NCBI GenBank assembly: GCA_027035765.1
Contig: JALVUD010000019.1
Location: forward strand, 45,757-109,756
Direction: 5' to 3'
Source of the DNA: Campylobacteraceae bacterium
Lineage (GTDB): Bacteria > Campylobacterota > Campylobacteria > Campylobacterales > Sulfurovaceae
DNA length: 64,000 nucleotides
In this document: one piece after another, positions 19,040 through 25,933 of the stretch
Layout: the number at the start of each line of letters is the position of its first letter
Numbering within the stretch: the first letter of the stretch is position 1
The notes under the pieces: generated by a model
Database searches by the model: none
The model's input: only the letters and a program-made list of their open reading frames with translations
What the model was told of the DNA's origin: nothing
Translations under genes and position numbers: made by a program

Positions 19040-19684
19040 ATGATGTCCCCTGAAACCTTTCGCCGTTGCCTCGATCTCCTTCGTGCCGACTATCCCAATT
19101 GGGACGCGCCGGCGAAGCGTTTCGAAAACGCCTATCACCGCACCCCCTATACGATCCTTATCTCCACACTTTTGAGCTTTCAGACCCGGGACGAGGTGAC
19201 GCTGGAGGCGGGGCGGCGGCTTTTTGCCTTGGCGCAGACCCCCCAGGCGATGCTGGAGCTGAGCGAAGCGCGGATCGCCGAGGCGATCTATCCGGTGGGG
19301 TTCTGGCGCAAAAAGGCCGCGTCGGTTCTCGAGGTGAGCCGGGTCCTTCTGGAGCGCCACGGCGGGGAGGTGCCCCAAACCCTGGAGGAGCTCACGGCCA
19401 TCAAAGGGATCGGCCCCAAAACCGCCAAGATCGTCCTGGAAAACGCCTACGGGGCTTCGGTGGCGGCGGTGGATACCCACGTTCACCGGATCCTCAATCT
19501 CCTGGGCGTTGTCGAAACCGGCACCCCCGAGGAGACGGACCTGGCCCTGGGACCCCTCCTGGAGCCGGAGGAGCTCCGGGGGCTCAACAAGCTCCTGGTG
19601 AGCTTCGGTCAGACCATCTGCCGTCCCCGATATCCCGACTGCATCCGCTGTCCCATCCGCTCCTGCTGTCCTGTTGCCAAATAG
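19040..19684 (+). CDS. nth: endonuclease III-like HhH-GPD DNA glycosylase with [4Fe-4S] loop
   Basis: HhH (LTAIKGIGPKTAKIVL), AAVDTHVHRI, and a C-terminal C-x6-C-x2-C-x5-C (CRPRYPDCIRCPIRSCC). ATG at 19040 is preferred to TTG at 18974, which would translate repeats. Confidence 0.75.
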   Translation: MMSPETFRRCLDLLRADYPNWDAPAKRFENAYHRTPYTILISTLLSFQTRDEVTLEAGRRLFALAQTPQAMLELSEARIAEAIYPVGFWRKKAASVLEVSRVLLERHGGEVPQTLEELTAIKGIGPKTAKIVLENAYGASVAAVDTHVHRILNLLGVVETGTPEETDLALGPLLEPEELRGLNKLLVSFGQTICRPRYPDCIRCPIRSCCPVAK

Positions 19685-19775
19685 ATAGAACTAATAATTA
19701 TTATCAGTTTTTGTAAAACTCTTTCGACTATAATATCTCCAGAACGATTTCAACTTTCAATCAAAGGAGTTATCC

Positions 19776-20357
19776 ATGAAAAAGAGTCTTTTCCTGATCT
19801 CCCTGGCGGCGGCCACGGTACTGAGCGCTGCCGAGGCTGTCCCCGCCCAGGATTCCAAAGCGGTCGCCATGGAGGGTGTCAAGTACATCAAGATGCTGGG
19901 CAAAGAGCTCAAAGGCAATCTGGTCAAATACCTCAAGCAGGATCCCACCGGGCTCCAGGCAGCCTACTTCTGTGCCAAAAGCGCTGAGGATCTGACCAAA
20001 AAGGTCAACGAGAAATTCCCTCCCAACGTCCTCGTCCGCCGTACCGCACTGAAATATCGCAATCCCAAGAACAAACCCGATGCTACCGACAGGAAGGTGA
20101 TGGAGAAGATGATGGCCGAGATGAAGGCCGGGACCTTCAAGAAGAAGCCGATGGTGGTCAAAGTGGGAGAGGCCAAGCGGGTCTATGTGCCTCTGATCGC
20201 CGAAAAGACCTGCCTCAAGTGCCACGGTCCTGCTGACAAGATCGATCCCAAAGTGCGGGAGACCATCGCCAAGAAGTATCCCAATGATATGGCGACAGGA
20301 TTCCACGAGGGGGATCTGCGGGGCGTCATCGTCGCCGAGATCACACCTCAGAACTGA
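19776..20357 (+). CDS. periplasmic c-type haem protein (Tll0287/DUF3365-like)
   Basis: Signal peptide MKKSLFLISLAAATVLSA and a single CxxCH (CLKCH). AAAGGAG RBS. Confidence 0.6.
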   Translation: MKKSLFLISLAAATVLSAAEAVPAQDSKAVAMEGVKYIKMLGKELKGNLVKYLKQDPTGLQAAYFCAKSAEDLTKKVNEKFPPNVLVRRTALKYRNPKNKPDATDRKVMEKMMAEMKAGTFKKKPMVVKVGEAKRVYVPLIAEKTCLKCHGPADKIDPKVRETIAKKYPNDMATGFHEGDLRGVIVAEITPQN

Positions 20358-20371
20358 GTTTTTCTTCTTGA

Positions 20372-20397
20372 GGCTATCCCCGGAAAAGGGGATGGCC
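20372..20397 (+). terminator. candidate Rho-independent terminator
   Basis: ggctatcccc-ggaaaa-ggggatggcc (10-bp stem with one G.T pair), 15 nt after the stop and followed by a T-containing tail (actttcccttttc). Confidence 0.5.
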
Positions 20398-20509
20398 ACT
20401 TTCCCTTTTCACGACTTCTTCATTGGAAACGGATAGATTCGTATTTTCGGGTGCTCCTTCATTTCTTTTCTTTGTTTCGCGACAAAGAAAAAGGAAACAA
20501 AGCAAAGAA

Positions 20510-20540
20510 GGAAATATATTTCAAAATGAAATATATTTCC
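20510..20540. promoter_or_regulatory. twin 12-bp palindromic boxes (GAAATATATTTC-N5-GAAATATATTTC), operator-like
   Basis: ggaaatatatttc-aaaat-gaaatatatttcc is a perfect 13+13 inverted repeat. It lies 50 nt upstream of the ATG at 20590 in an AT-rich spacer. Confidence 0.6.
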
Positions 20541-20589
20541 AATAGTATATCGTCAATATGAAATAATGTCTCCATAATGGAGGCGAACA

Positions 20590-20895
20590 ATGGGAAAAGA
20601 GATCCTGCGACAGCTTGACCGCCTCGACGAGGAGGTACACAACCGACTGACCCACTACCGCTTCAACCGCCGGATCGAGGGAGATGAGCGCTACCGCAAG
20701 GGGCGGATCGCCGCTTTGAGCTGGCTGGCGGCGCTCTGTGAGCACTACCGCCGAAAGGCCGAGGCGATCCCGACGGAGATGGAGGAGAGCCTGGAGCGGG
20801 AGCTGGGCAAGATCCGATGGCTGGAGCCCTCACCCTATCGGCAGGGGATCGAGGATGCGGTGCGGGAGTTCCGCTGGCTGCTCCGGGAGGCGTGA
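20590..20895 (+). CDS. hypothetical 101-aa helical protein translationally coupled to dinB
   Basis: GGAGG RBS 6 nt upstream. The stop TGA overlaps the dinB ATG (gTGATGt). R/E-rich with no family recognised. Confidence 0.55.
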   Translation: MGKEILRQLDRLDEEVHNRLTHYRFNRRIEGDERYRKGRIAALSWLAALCEHYRRKAEAIPTEMEESLERELGKIRWLEPSPYRQGIEDAVREFRWLLREA

Positions 20896-22178
20896 TGTTC
20901 CTGCATATCGACATCGACAGCTTTTTCGTCTCGGCGGAGCGGAGCCGGGATGCAGCGCTGCGGGGTGTGCCTGTGGCGGTGGGGGGCCGGAGCAATCTGG
21001 AGATCTTCTCCACCCGCCGCACTCACATCCGTTTCATGGACGAGAACCACGGCGCCTTTGTGGCTCCGGTTTTCTATAGCGACCGTCGAAAAACATTTCG
21101 GGAGCATTTCATCGACCATATTGACGGGCGGGAGAAGATCCGGGGGATCGTCACCACCTCCAGCTACGAGGCCAGAGCGCGGGGAGTGCGTACCGGGATG
21201 CCCCTGGCCCAGGCCCTGCGCCTCTGCCCCGAGCTGATCGTGCTGCCCAACGATATGCTCTTCTACCATCAGCTCTCCCACGCCCTGGCCGGGTTTCTGG
21301 CCCGGGAGATCCCGGTAGTGGAGCAGTTCAGCATCGACGAGTTTTTCGGGGATCTGCAGGGCTGGATCCCGCCGGGGGAGGCGGAGGGTTTCGCCCGGGA
21401 TCTTCAGCAGCGGATCTTTCGGGAGTTTCATCTGCCGGTCTCCATCGGCATCGCCCGGAGCAAGTGGACCGCCAAGCTGGCCACGGAATATGCCAAACCC
21501 TACGGGGTGCTGAAGGTGGAGGATGTGGAGGCTTTCATCCGGGAGATTCCCATTGACAAGTTCCCGGGCATCGGCCGGGGCTACCGCCGCCGGCTGGAGG
21601 AGCGGGGGGTGCATACTCTGGGGGAGCTGATTCCGATGCGGCGGCTTTTCGAGAGCTGGGGCGTGCCTGGGCGGCAGCTCTATCGCCGGATCCTGGGGAT
21701 CGACGGCGAGGGGATCGCCCGCCGCCCCTCCCGCCAGTCGGTGGGGATCAGCCGCACCTTCGATCCCATTGAGGAACCGGAGGAGCTCCGCCGCCGGATC
21801 ATGGTGATGGCCAGGCACGTGGCCTACATCACCCAGAAGCTGGGCGCCAATCCCACCCGATACTCCCTGCGGATCCGCTATCTGCAGAACCTGCGGGCCA
21901 AGGGGGCGGTGCGGGTGGATCGGATCTTCAGCGAGACCCTCTTCAAGGCGGAGCTCTCCCGCCTCTTCGACCGGATCCACCGCCCGGGGGAAGGGGCGAT
22001 CAAACTGGCCCTCTCGGTCTCGGACTTCACCCACCTCCACCCCCGAACTCTCTCCCTCCTGGACCTGGAAGCCGACCGCCGCGCCCGGGCGATCAGCGAA
22101 GGGATGCAGCGGATCCGGGAACGCTTCGGCCTGGATGCGATCCGGACGGGGAATGAGTTGGCGGCGGTGAGTAACTAG
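20895..22178 (+). CDS. dinB: Y-family DNA polymerase IV
   Basis: MFLHIDIDSFFVSAE, SYEARARGVRTGMP and SIDEFFGDL catalytic blocks. The ATG at 20895 is in frame with ORF 20817. Confidence 0.9.
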   Translation: MFLHIDIDSFFVSAERSRDAALRGVPVAVGGRSNLEIFSTRRTHIRFMDENHGAFVAPVFYSDRRKTFREHFIDHIDGREKIRGIVTTSSYEARARGVRTGMPLAQALRLCPELIVLPNDMLFYHQLSHALAGFLAREIPVVEQFSIDEFFGDLQGWIPPGEAEGFARDLQQRIFREFHLPVSIGIARSKWTAKLATEYAKPYGVLKVEDVEAFIREIPIDKFPGIGRGYRRRLEERGVHTLGELIPMRRLFESWGVPGRQLYRRILGIDGEGIARRPSRQSVGISRTFDPIEEPEELRRRIMVMARHVAYITQKLGANPTRYSLRIRYLQNLRAKGAVRVDRIFSETLFKAELSRLFDRIHRPGEGAIKLALSVSDFTHLHPRTLSLLDLEADRRARAISEGMQRIRERFGLDAIRTGNELAAVSN

Positions 22179-22277
22179 AAACTAGAAACTAGAAACTAGT
22201 AACTAGTAATGGGGAGTGAGGAGTGAAGAGTGAGGAACCGAAGGTTGGAAACTAGTAACGAGTAACTAGTAACCGAT
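22173..22277. repeat. fifteen phase-locked heptamers (AACTAGA x3, AACTAGT x2, AATGGGG, AGTGAGG, AGTGAAG, AGTGAGG, AACCGAA, GGTTGGA, AACTAGT, AACGAGT, AACTAGT, AACCGAT)
   Basis: Read directly. The first unit contains the dinB TAG stop (22176-22178). Confidence 0.95.
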
Positions 22278-22284
22278 TTTGTAG

Positions 22285-22304
22285 CGTGGGATTGTTATCC
22301 CACG
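22285..22304. repeat. conserved hairpin cgtgggat-tgtt-atcccacg
   Basis: 8-bp stem. The same hairpin occurs at 56361-56380 and inverted at 54576-54591, each next to CCGATTT and an AACTAGT-type array. Confidence 0.9.
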
Positions 22305-22316
22305 AATTGGGGCGGT

Positions 22317-22724
22317 CTATAGCGCCTGAACGAACCAGGTAAACGTAGCCTGAGATGTCAAAACACCGTTTATATCTTTCACTTCGACGTTGATCTGAAT
22401 TGAGGCTCTGCCTCTTTTTTCAAATTGGGATCTGAATTTGGCAACATCCTCTGCATCTGTCGATGCGAAGGCGATGATTTTCTCTTGGGCCGGTTTTCTG
22501 TATTTGATCTGAGCGTCCCTCAAGACAGGCAGGACTTTTCCTTCAAGCTCCGGAAAGAGCTTTTGGAGGTGTATACCGCTTTGTGTCTCCGCCAAGGCGA
22601 ACTGGGCGCTTGCATGGATCGTTTCTATGTGGTTCAATACATCGTTTTTGAAATCCAGAGACAGTTTACTGTTTTCTTCTTCTATTCCTAGGTGTCTGAC
22701 AAACGGGATATCTGTTGCTTTCAA
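22317..22724 (-). CDS. hotdog-fold thioesterase-like protein (DUF4442/YiiD-C-like)
   Basis: About 135 aa (HASAQFALAETQSG..., ...IKYRKPA...). TTG at 22724 with AAGGA 7 nt upstream is preferred to GTG at 22748, which sits inside a hairpin. GC is lower than the flanks. Confidence 0.55.
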   Translation of the reverse strand: MKATDIPFVRHLGIEEENSKLSLDFKNDVLNHIETIHASAQFALAETQSGIHLQKLFPELEGKVLPVLRDAQIKYRKPAQEKIIAFASTDAEDVAKFRSQFEKRGRASIQINVEVKDINGVLTSQATFTWFVQAL

Positions 22725-22743
22725 TTTATGTTCCTTATCTATC

Positions 22744-22761
22744 CCCACCGATGACGGTGGG
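22744..22761. repeat. hairpin cccaccg-atga-cggtggg (TTCCCACCG family)
   Basis: 7-bp stem. It shares the trailing cggtgggaacgagt with the copy at 23720-23745. Confidence 0.85.
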
Positions 22762-22778
22762 AACGAGTTTAAAAAAAA

Positions 22779-23216
22779 TCAATTATCAAAATTTCTTGGT
22801 GGCAGAATATCATTAAAGAAAATCCTTTCCGACTTTTTCCCAAAGTAATTAAAGAAGAGCAGTGCCACTCCTGATTCTTCATGCCACTCGTGATCTTTGT
22901 AGTATTCCAAAATCCATTTTACAGGTTTATCGTTTTTCATGACAACTCTTATTCTCATATTTTTTGACAATAAATCCCGTACCAATCCGAAGGCGTAGGA
23001 GAGAGCTTCCTGTTTTGACGGAAAATCTTTAACATATATATGGTCATGATATCCGATATCTGCTCCGATGAATATGCTCTCGCCCTGGTCCTCCACAATA
23101 ATATCAAAACCATTTTCGTTTTCTTTTTTGAATGTGATGGTGGAATCATTGTCCTGGTAGTGATTGAGTTTTAATATTTCATGATTGGAATCAAGAAAAG
23201 TCTTTAATTGATACAC
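22779..23216 (-). CDS. hypothetical protein (AT-rich islet)
   Basis: 145-aa ORF with a GTG start and a weak RBS. Its AT-rich composition is unlike the surroundings. No family recognised. Confidence 0.45.
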   Translation of the reverse strand: MYQLKTFLDSNHEILKLNHYQDNDSTITFKKENENGFDIIVEDQGESIFIGADIGYHDHIYVKDFPSKQEALSYAFGLVRDLLSKNMRIRVVMKNDKPVKWILEYYKDHEWHEESGVALLFFNYFGKKSERIFFNDILPPRNFDN

Positions 23217-23275
23217 ACTAAGACCCTATTTTGTTTTCCTAAATAATCCGTAAGGTTATAATTTTTAAAGAACAA

Positions 23276-23614
23276 TCAATATGCATTTTGTGATAGCTCT
23301 TTCCTGGCAATAGTAAGTGCCCACTCTCTAAACTCCTCCACACTCATATTCTCATCGGCATCACCAAAGTTTCTATGCATTGTCTCATCGTGAGCACCCA
23401 ATGCACATGTTCCATATATTCTTCCAATTTCCAAACTCAATATTAAAATTGGTGTGTATTCACTATTTTTGAAGAAAAACATTCGATATGGGTAATAGAA
23501 AACTCCAATAGGCTCATCTATCTTCATCAATACCATTCGATAATCACCGAACACCCCTTCCTCAATAATTTTACCTTTTATATAGCTTTCTTCCCATCTG
23601 GGATCACTTATCAT
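23276..23614 (-). CDS. hypothetical protein (AT-rich islet)
   Basis: 113 aa from the ATG at 23614 (MISDPRWEESY...), with AAGGAG 6 nt upstream. The longer ORF to 23818 would translate the hairpin repeats. Confidence 0.5.
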   Translation of the reverse strand: MISDPRWEESYIKGKIIEEGVFGDYRMVLMKIDEPIGVFYYPYRMFFFKNSEYTPILILSLEIGRIYGTCALGAHDETMHRNFGDADENMSVEEFREWALTIARKELSQNAY

Positions 23615-23635
23615 TTTTAACTCCTTTTTTCTTTC

Positions 23636-23658
23636 GTTCCCACGGAGACCGTGGGAAC
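23636..23658. repeat. hairpin gttcccacgg-aga-ccgtgggaac
   Basis: Perfect 10-bp stem, about 10 nt upstream of the RBS of the gene at 23276..23614. Confidence 0.85.
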
Positions 23659-23719
23659 ATACACGGCACTGAATTAATCCACATTGAGACTGGTATTTTA
23701 TTCTATCAAAAAATATGCA

Positions 23720-23741
23720 TTCCCACCGGGGACGGTGGGAA
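23720..23741. repeat. hairpin ttcccaccg-ggga-cggtgggaa
   Basis: Perfect 9-bp stem. Third member of the TTCCCACCG hairpin family in the islet. Confidence 0.85.
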
Positions 23742-23816
23742 CGAGTGCAAAGACATCCCTCCAGGTAAACGCCCCTCTTCGATATAATATCCCTCAAAAA
23801 CCAAGGACACAATCCC

Positions 23817-24587
23817 ATGATCGTCGATACCCATGTCCATCTTGATGATCCCCGTTATGCCGAAGATCTGGAGGAGGTGCTGGCGCGCTCCCGGGCGGCG
23901 GGGGTGAATCGCTGGATCATCCCCGGGGCCGATCCCGATACGCTGCCGCGGGCTGTGGAGCTGGCGGAGAGTCACGACGACATCTTTTTTGCCGTGGGGG
24001 TGCATCCCTACGATGCGCGGCGCTACGACCGGGGGCTGCTGGAGCGCTATATCGGGCACGAAAAGTGTGTGGGAGTAGGGGAGTGTGGGCTGGACTACTA
24101 CCGTCTCCCCGAAGGCGAAGAGGCGATCGCCGAGGAGAAGCGGATCCAGAAAGAGGTCTTCGTCGATCAGATCGCCCTGGCCGGGGAGCACGACAAACCC
24201 CTCATCGTCCACATCCGCGAAGCGAGCCGGGACTCTCAAGCGCTGTTGGAAGAACACGCCTCGGAGCGGGGCGGGGTGCTGCACTGCTACAACGCGGATC
24301 ATCAGCTCCTCCAGCTCGCCGAGCGCAACTTCTACTACGGCATCGGCGGCGTCATCACCTTCAAAAACGCCCGCAGACTGGTGGAGGTCTATCCCCAAAT
24401 CCCCAAAGACAGGCTCCTCATCGAGACCGACGGCCCCTACCTGACCCCCCATCCCCACCGCGGCCAGCGCAACGAACCCGCCTACTGCACCCTCGTCGCC
24501 CAAAAGATGGCCGAACTCTCCGGAATCTCCTACGAAGAGCTCACCGCCATCTGCCGGGAAAACACCCGACGGCTTTTTGGAATATAA
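23817..24587 (+). CDS. TatD-family metal-dependent hydrolase
   Basis: DTHVHLDD, GECGLDY, HCYNAD and ETDGPYL blocks. Confidence 0.9.
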   Translation: MIVDTHVHLDDPRYAEDLEEVLARSRAAGVNRWIIPGADPDTLPRAVELAESHDDIFFAVGVHPYDARRYDRGLLERYIGHEKCVGVGECGLDYYRLPEGEEAIAEEKRIQKEVFVDQIALAGEHDKPLIVHIREASRDSQALLEEHASERGGVLHCYNADHQLLQLAERNFYYGIGGVITFKNARRLVEVYPQIPKDRLLIETDGPYLTPHPHRGQRNEPAYCTLVAQKMAELSGISYEELTAICRENTRRLFGI

Positions 24588-24594
24588 ATAACGG

Positions 24595-24629
24595 GGATTT
24601 TGGATTTTGGATTTTGGATTTTGGATTAA
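24595..24629. repeat. heptamer micro-array GGATTTT x4 plus GGATTAA
   Basis: Read directly. It begins 8 nt after the tatD-family stop. Confidence 0.95.
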
Positions 24630-25869
24630 AAATCGGTTTCTAGTTACTAGTTACTCGTTACTAGTTTCCAAACTTCGGTTCCTCATTCCTCATTCCTCAT
24701 TCCTCATTCAAAAAATTCTACCCACTACCCACTACCCACCACCCACTCCTCTCTCTCGTCGCCGATTCCTTCTGGGCCTCATCGCTCTTCCTCTCGCCCT
24801 GAATGCCCTCGCTCCTATAGAGACGAAGTTTCCCAGCTATAGCTATGTGATGCAGGAGTTCGACATCGCCCCTACCTATATCCGGGATCCCTGGTTTCAG
24901 GACTTCGTCGTCAAAAATGAAGCCAAATACCGCCGCTTCTACGAAAACTCCACCCGCCGGGGCAAGGCCTACATCCCCCTCTTCAAAGATCTGCTCAGCT
25001 CCGGAGGACTGAGCCATCTCTTCATCTATATGTCCATGACCGAATCGGGCTTCAAATCAACGGCCAGATCCTCCAAAAAAGCGGCGGGGCTCTGGCAGTT
25101 CATGGCGGCGACGGCACGGCGCTTCCATCTGAAAGTGGGCAAGAACCGGGACGAGCGCTACGACCCCATCGCCTCCACCAAAGCGGCGATGCAGTACATC
25201 CAGACCCTCTACCGGATGTTCGGCAAATGGTATCTGGTGATGATGGCCTACAACTGCGGGGAGGGGAGGCTGCAGCAGGCGATCAAAGCGGCGGGAACCG
25301 ACGACTTTGCCACCCTCATGGACGAGCGCAGAGCCTACCTCCCCAAAGAGACCCGCAACTACCTGCGCAAGATCCTGCTGCTTTCGATGATGGGAGAGAA
25401 GATCAAGAGCTCTCCCAAACGCGAAGATCGCAAGATCCGCAAAGAGATCCTCCCCGACACCGAAGTGCTGGTCAATATCTACGGCGGAACGACCCTGGAG
25501 AAGATCGCGGAGATGCTGCGGATGAACGTGGGGCGTCTGGCAAGGCTCAACCCCCATCTGGCCGGGGGGCATATCGGCGAGGAGATCGGGATGACCCAGA
25601 TCTTCATTCCCGCCGACCGGTTGCCCTACTACCGGGCCTACTACACCCCCCCGACCCTGGAGCAGATCTACCGCCGCAAACACTACGCCAAGCTCATCGC
25701 CCACATCGTCCGGCCCGACGACACGCTCAAAAAGGTCGCCCGGCAGTATCATGCTACGCCGCTGGATCTCATCGTCGCCAATCAGCTGCAGCACCTGGAG
25801 CTCAAGCCTGGTACTGTGCTGATGGTCCCAGTGACCAAGGCCTACTATGAGGGGCACCTTCGTTTTTAA
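24607..25869 (+). CDS. lytic transglycosylase (SLT domain) with C-terminal LysM-like repeats, MltD-like; 5' end uncertain
   Basis: SLT block MTESGFKSTARSSKKAAGLWQFM and late LysM-like segments (HIVRPDDTLKKVARQY). In-frame start options are only TTG 24607, GTG 24847 and ATG 24850. The Tat-like SRRRFLLGLIALPLALNA lies between them. Confidence 0.8.
   Translation: MDFGFWIKNRFLVTSYSLLVSKLRFLIPHSSFLIQKILPTTHYPPPTPLSRRRFLLGLIALPLALNALAPIETKFPSYSYVMQEFDIAPTYIRDPWFQDFVVKNEAKYRRFYENSTRRGKAYIPLFKDLLSSGGLSHLFIYMSMTESGFKSTARSSKKAAGLWQFMAATARRFHLKVGKNRDERYDPIASTKAAMQYIQTLYRMFGKWYLVMMAYNCGEGRLQQAIKAAGTDDFATLMDERRAYLPKETRNYLRKILLLSMMGEKIKSSPKREDRKIRKEILPDTEVLVNIYGGTTLEKIAEMLRMNVGRLARLNPHLAGGHIGEEIGMTQIFIPADRLPYYRAYYTPPTLEQIYRRKHYAKLIAHIVRPDDTLKKVARQYHATPLDLIVANQLQHLELKPGTVLMVPVTKAYYEGHLRF
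24638..24665. repeat. heptamer micro-array TACTAGT-type x4 (TTCTAGT TACTAGT TACTCGT TACTAGT)
   Basis: Inverse orientation of the AACTAGT/AACGAGT module seen at 22250-22270. Confidence 0.9.
24681..24708. repeat. heptamer micro-array CCTCATT x4
   Basis: Reverse complement of the AATGAGG units at 18935-18948. Confidence 0.95.
24721..24748. repeat. heptamer micro-array CCCACTA x2, CCCACCA, CCCACTC
   Basis: Read directly. It lies in frame upstream of a twin-arginine-like segment of the following ORF. Confidence 0.9.
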
Positions 25870-25933
25870 GAGACAGAAAAGTCAAAGCCAAAAGCCGTTA
25901 GAATTGATATTAAAAAATGAGAAAGCGGTATCG

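Noticed and set aside
22744-23745. Integron-like gene cassettes with attC sites, suggested by small same-strand ORFs separated by imperfect palindromes
   Set aside because: No intI integrase or attI is in the window. The hairpins lack the RYYYAAC/GTTRRRY core pair and the extrahelical-base architecture of attC, and one inter-ORF junction (23217-23275) has no hairpin at all. The region is kept only as a generic AT-rich islet finding.
24607-24760. A genuine repeat-containing protein domain at the N-terminus of the MltD-like protein
   Set aside because: The peptide (MDFGFWIKNRFLVTSYSLLVSKLRFLIPHSSFLIQKILPTTHYPPP) is simply the in-frame read-out of four nucleotide-level heptamer arrays that also occur in non-coding spacers elsewhere. 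It is retained only as a start-codon and phase question, not as a domain.
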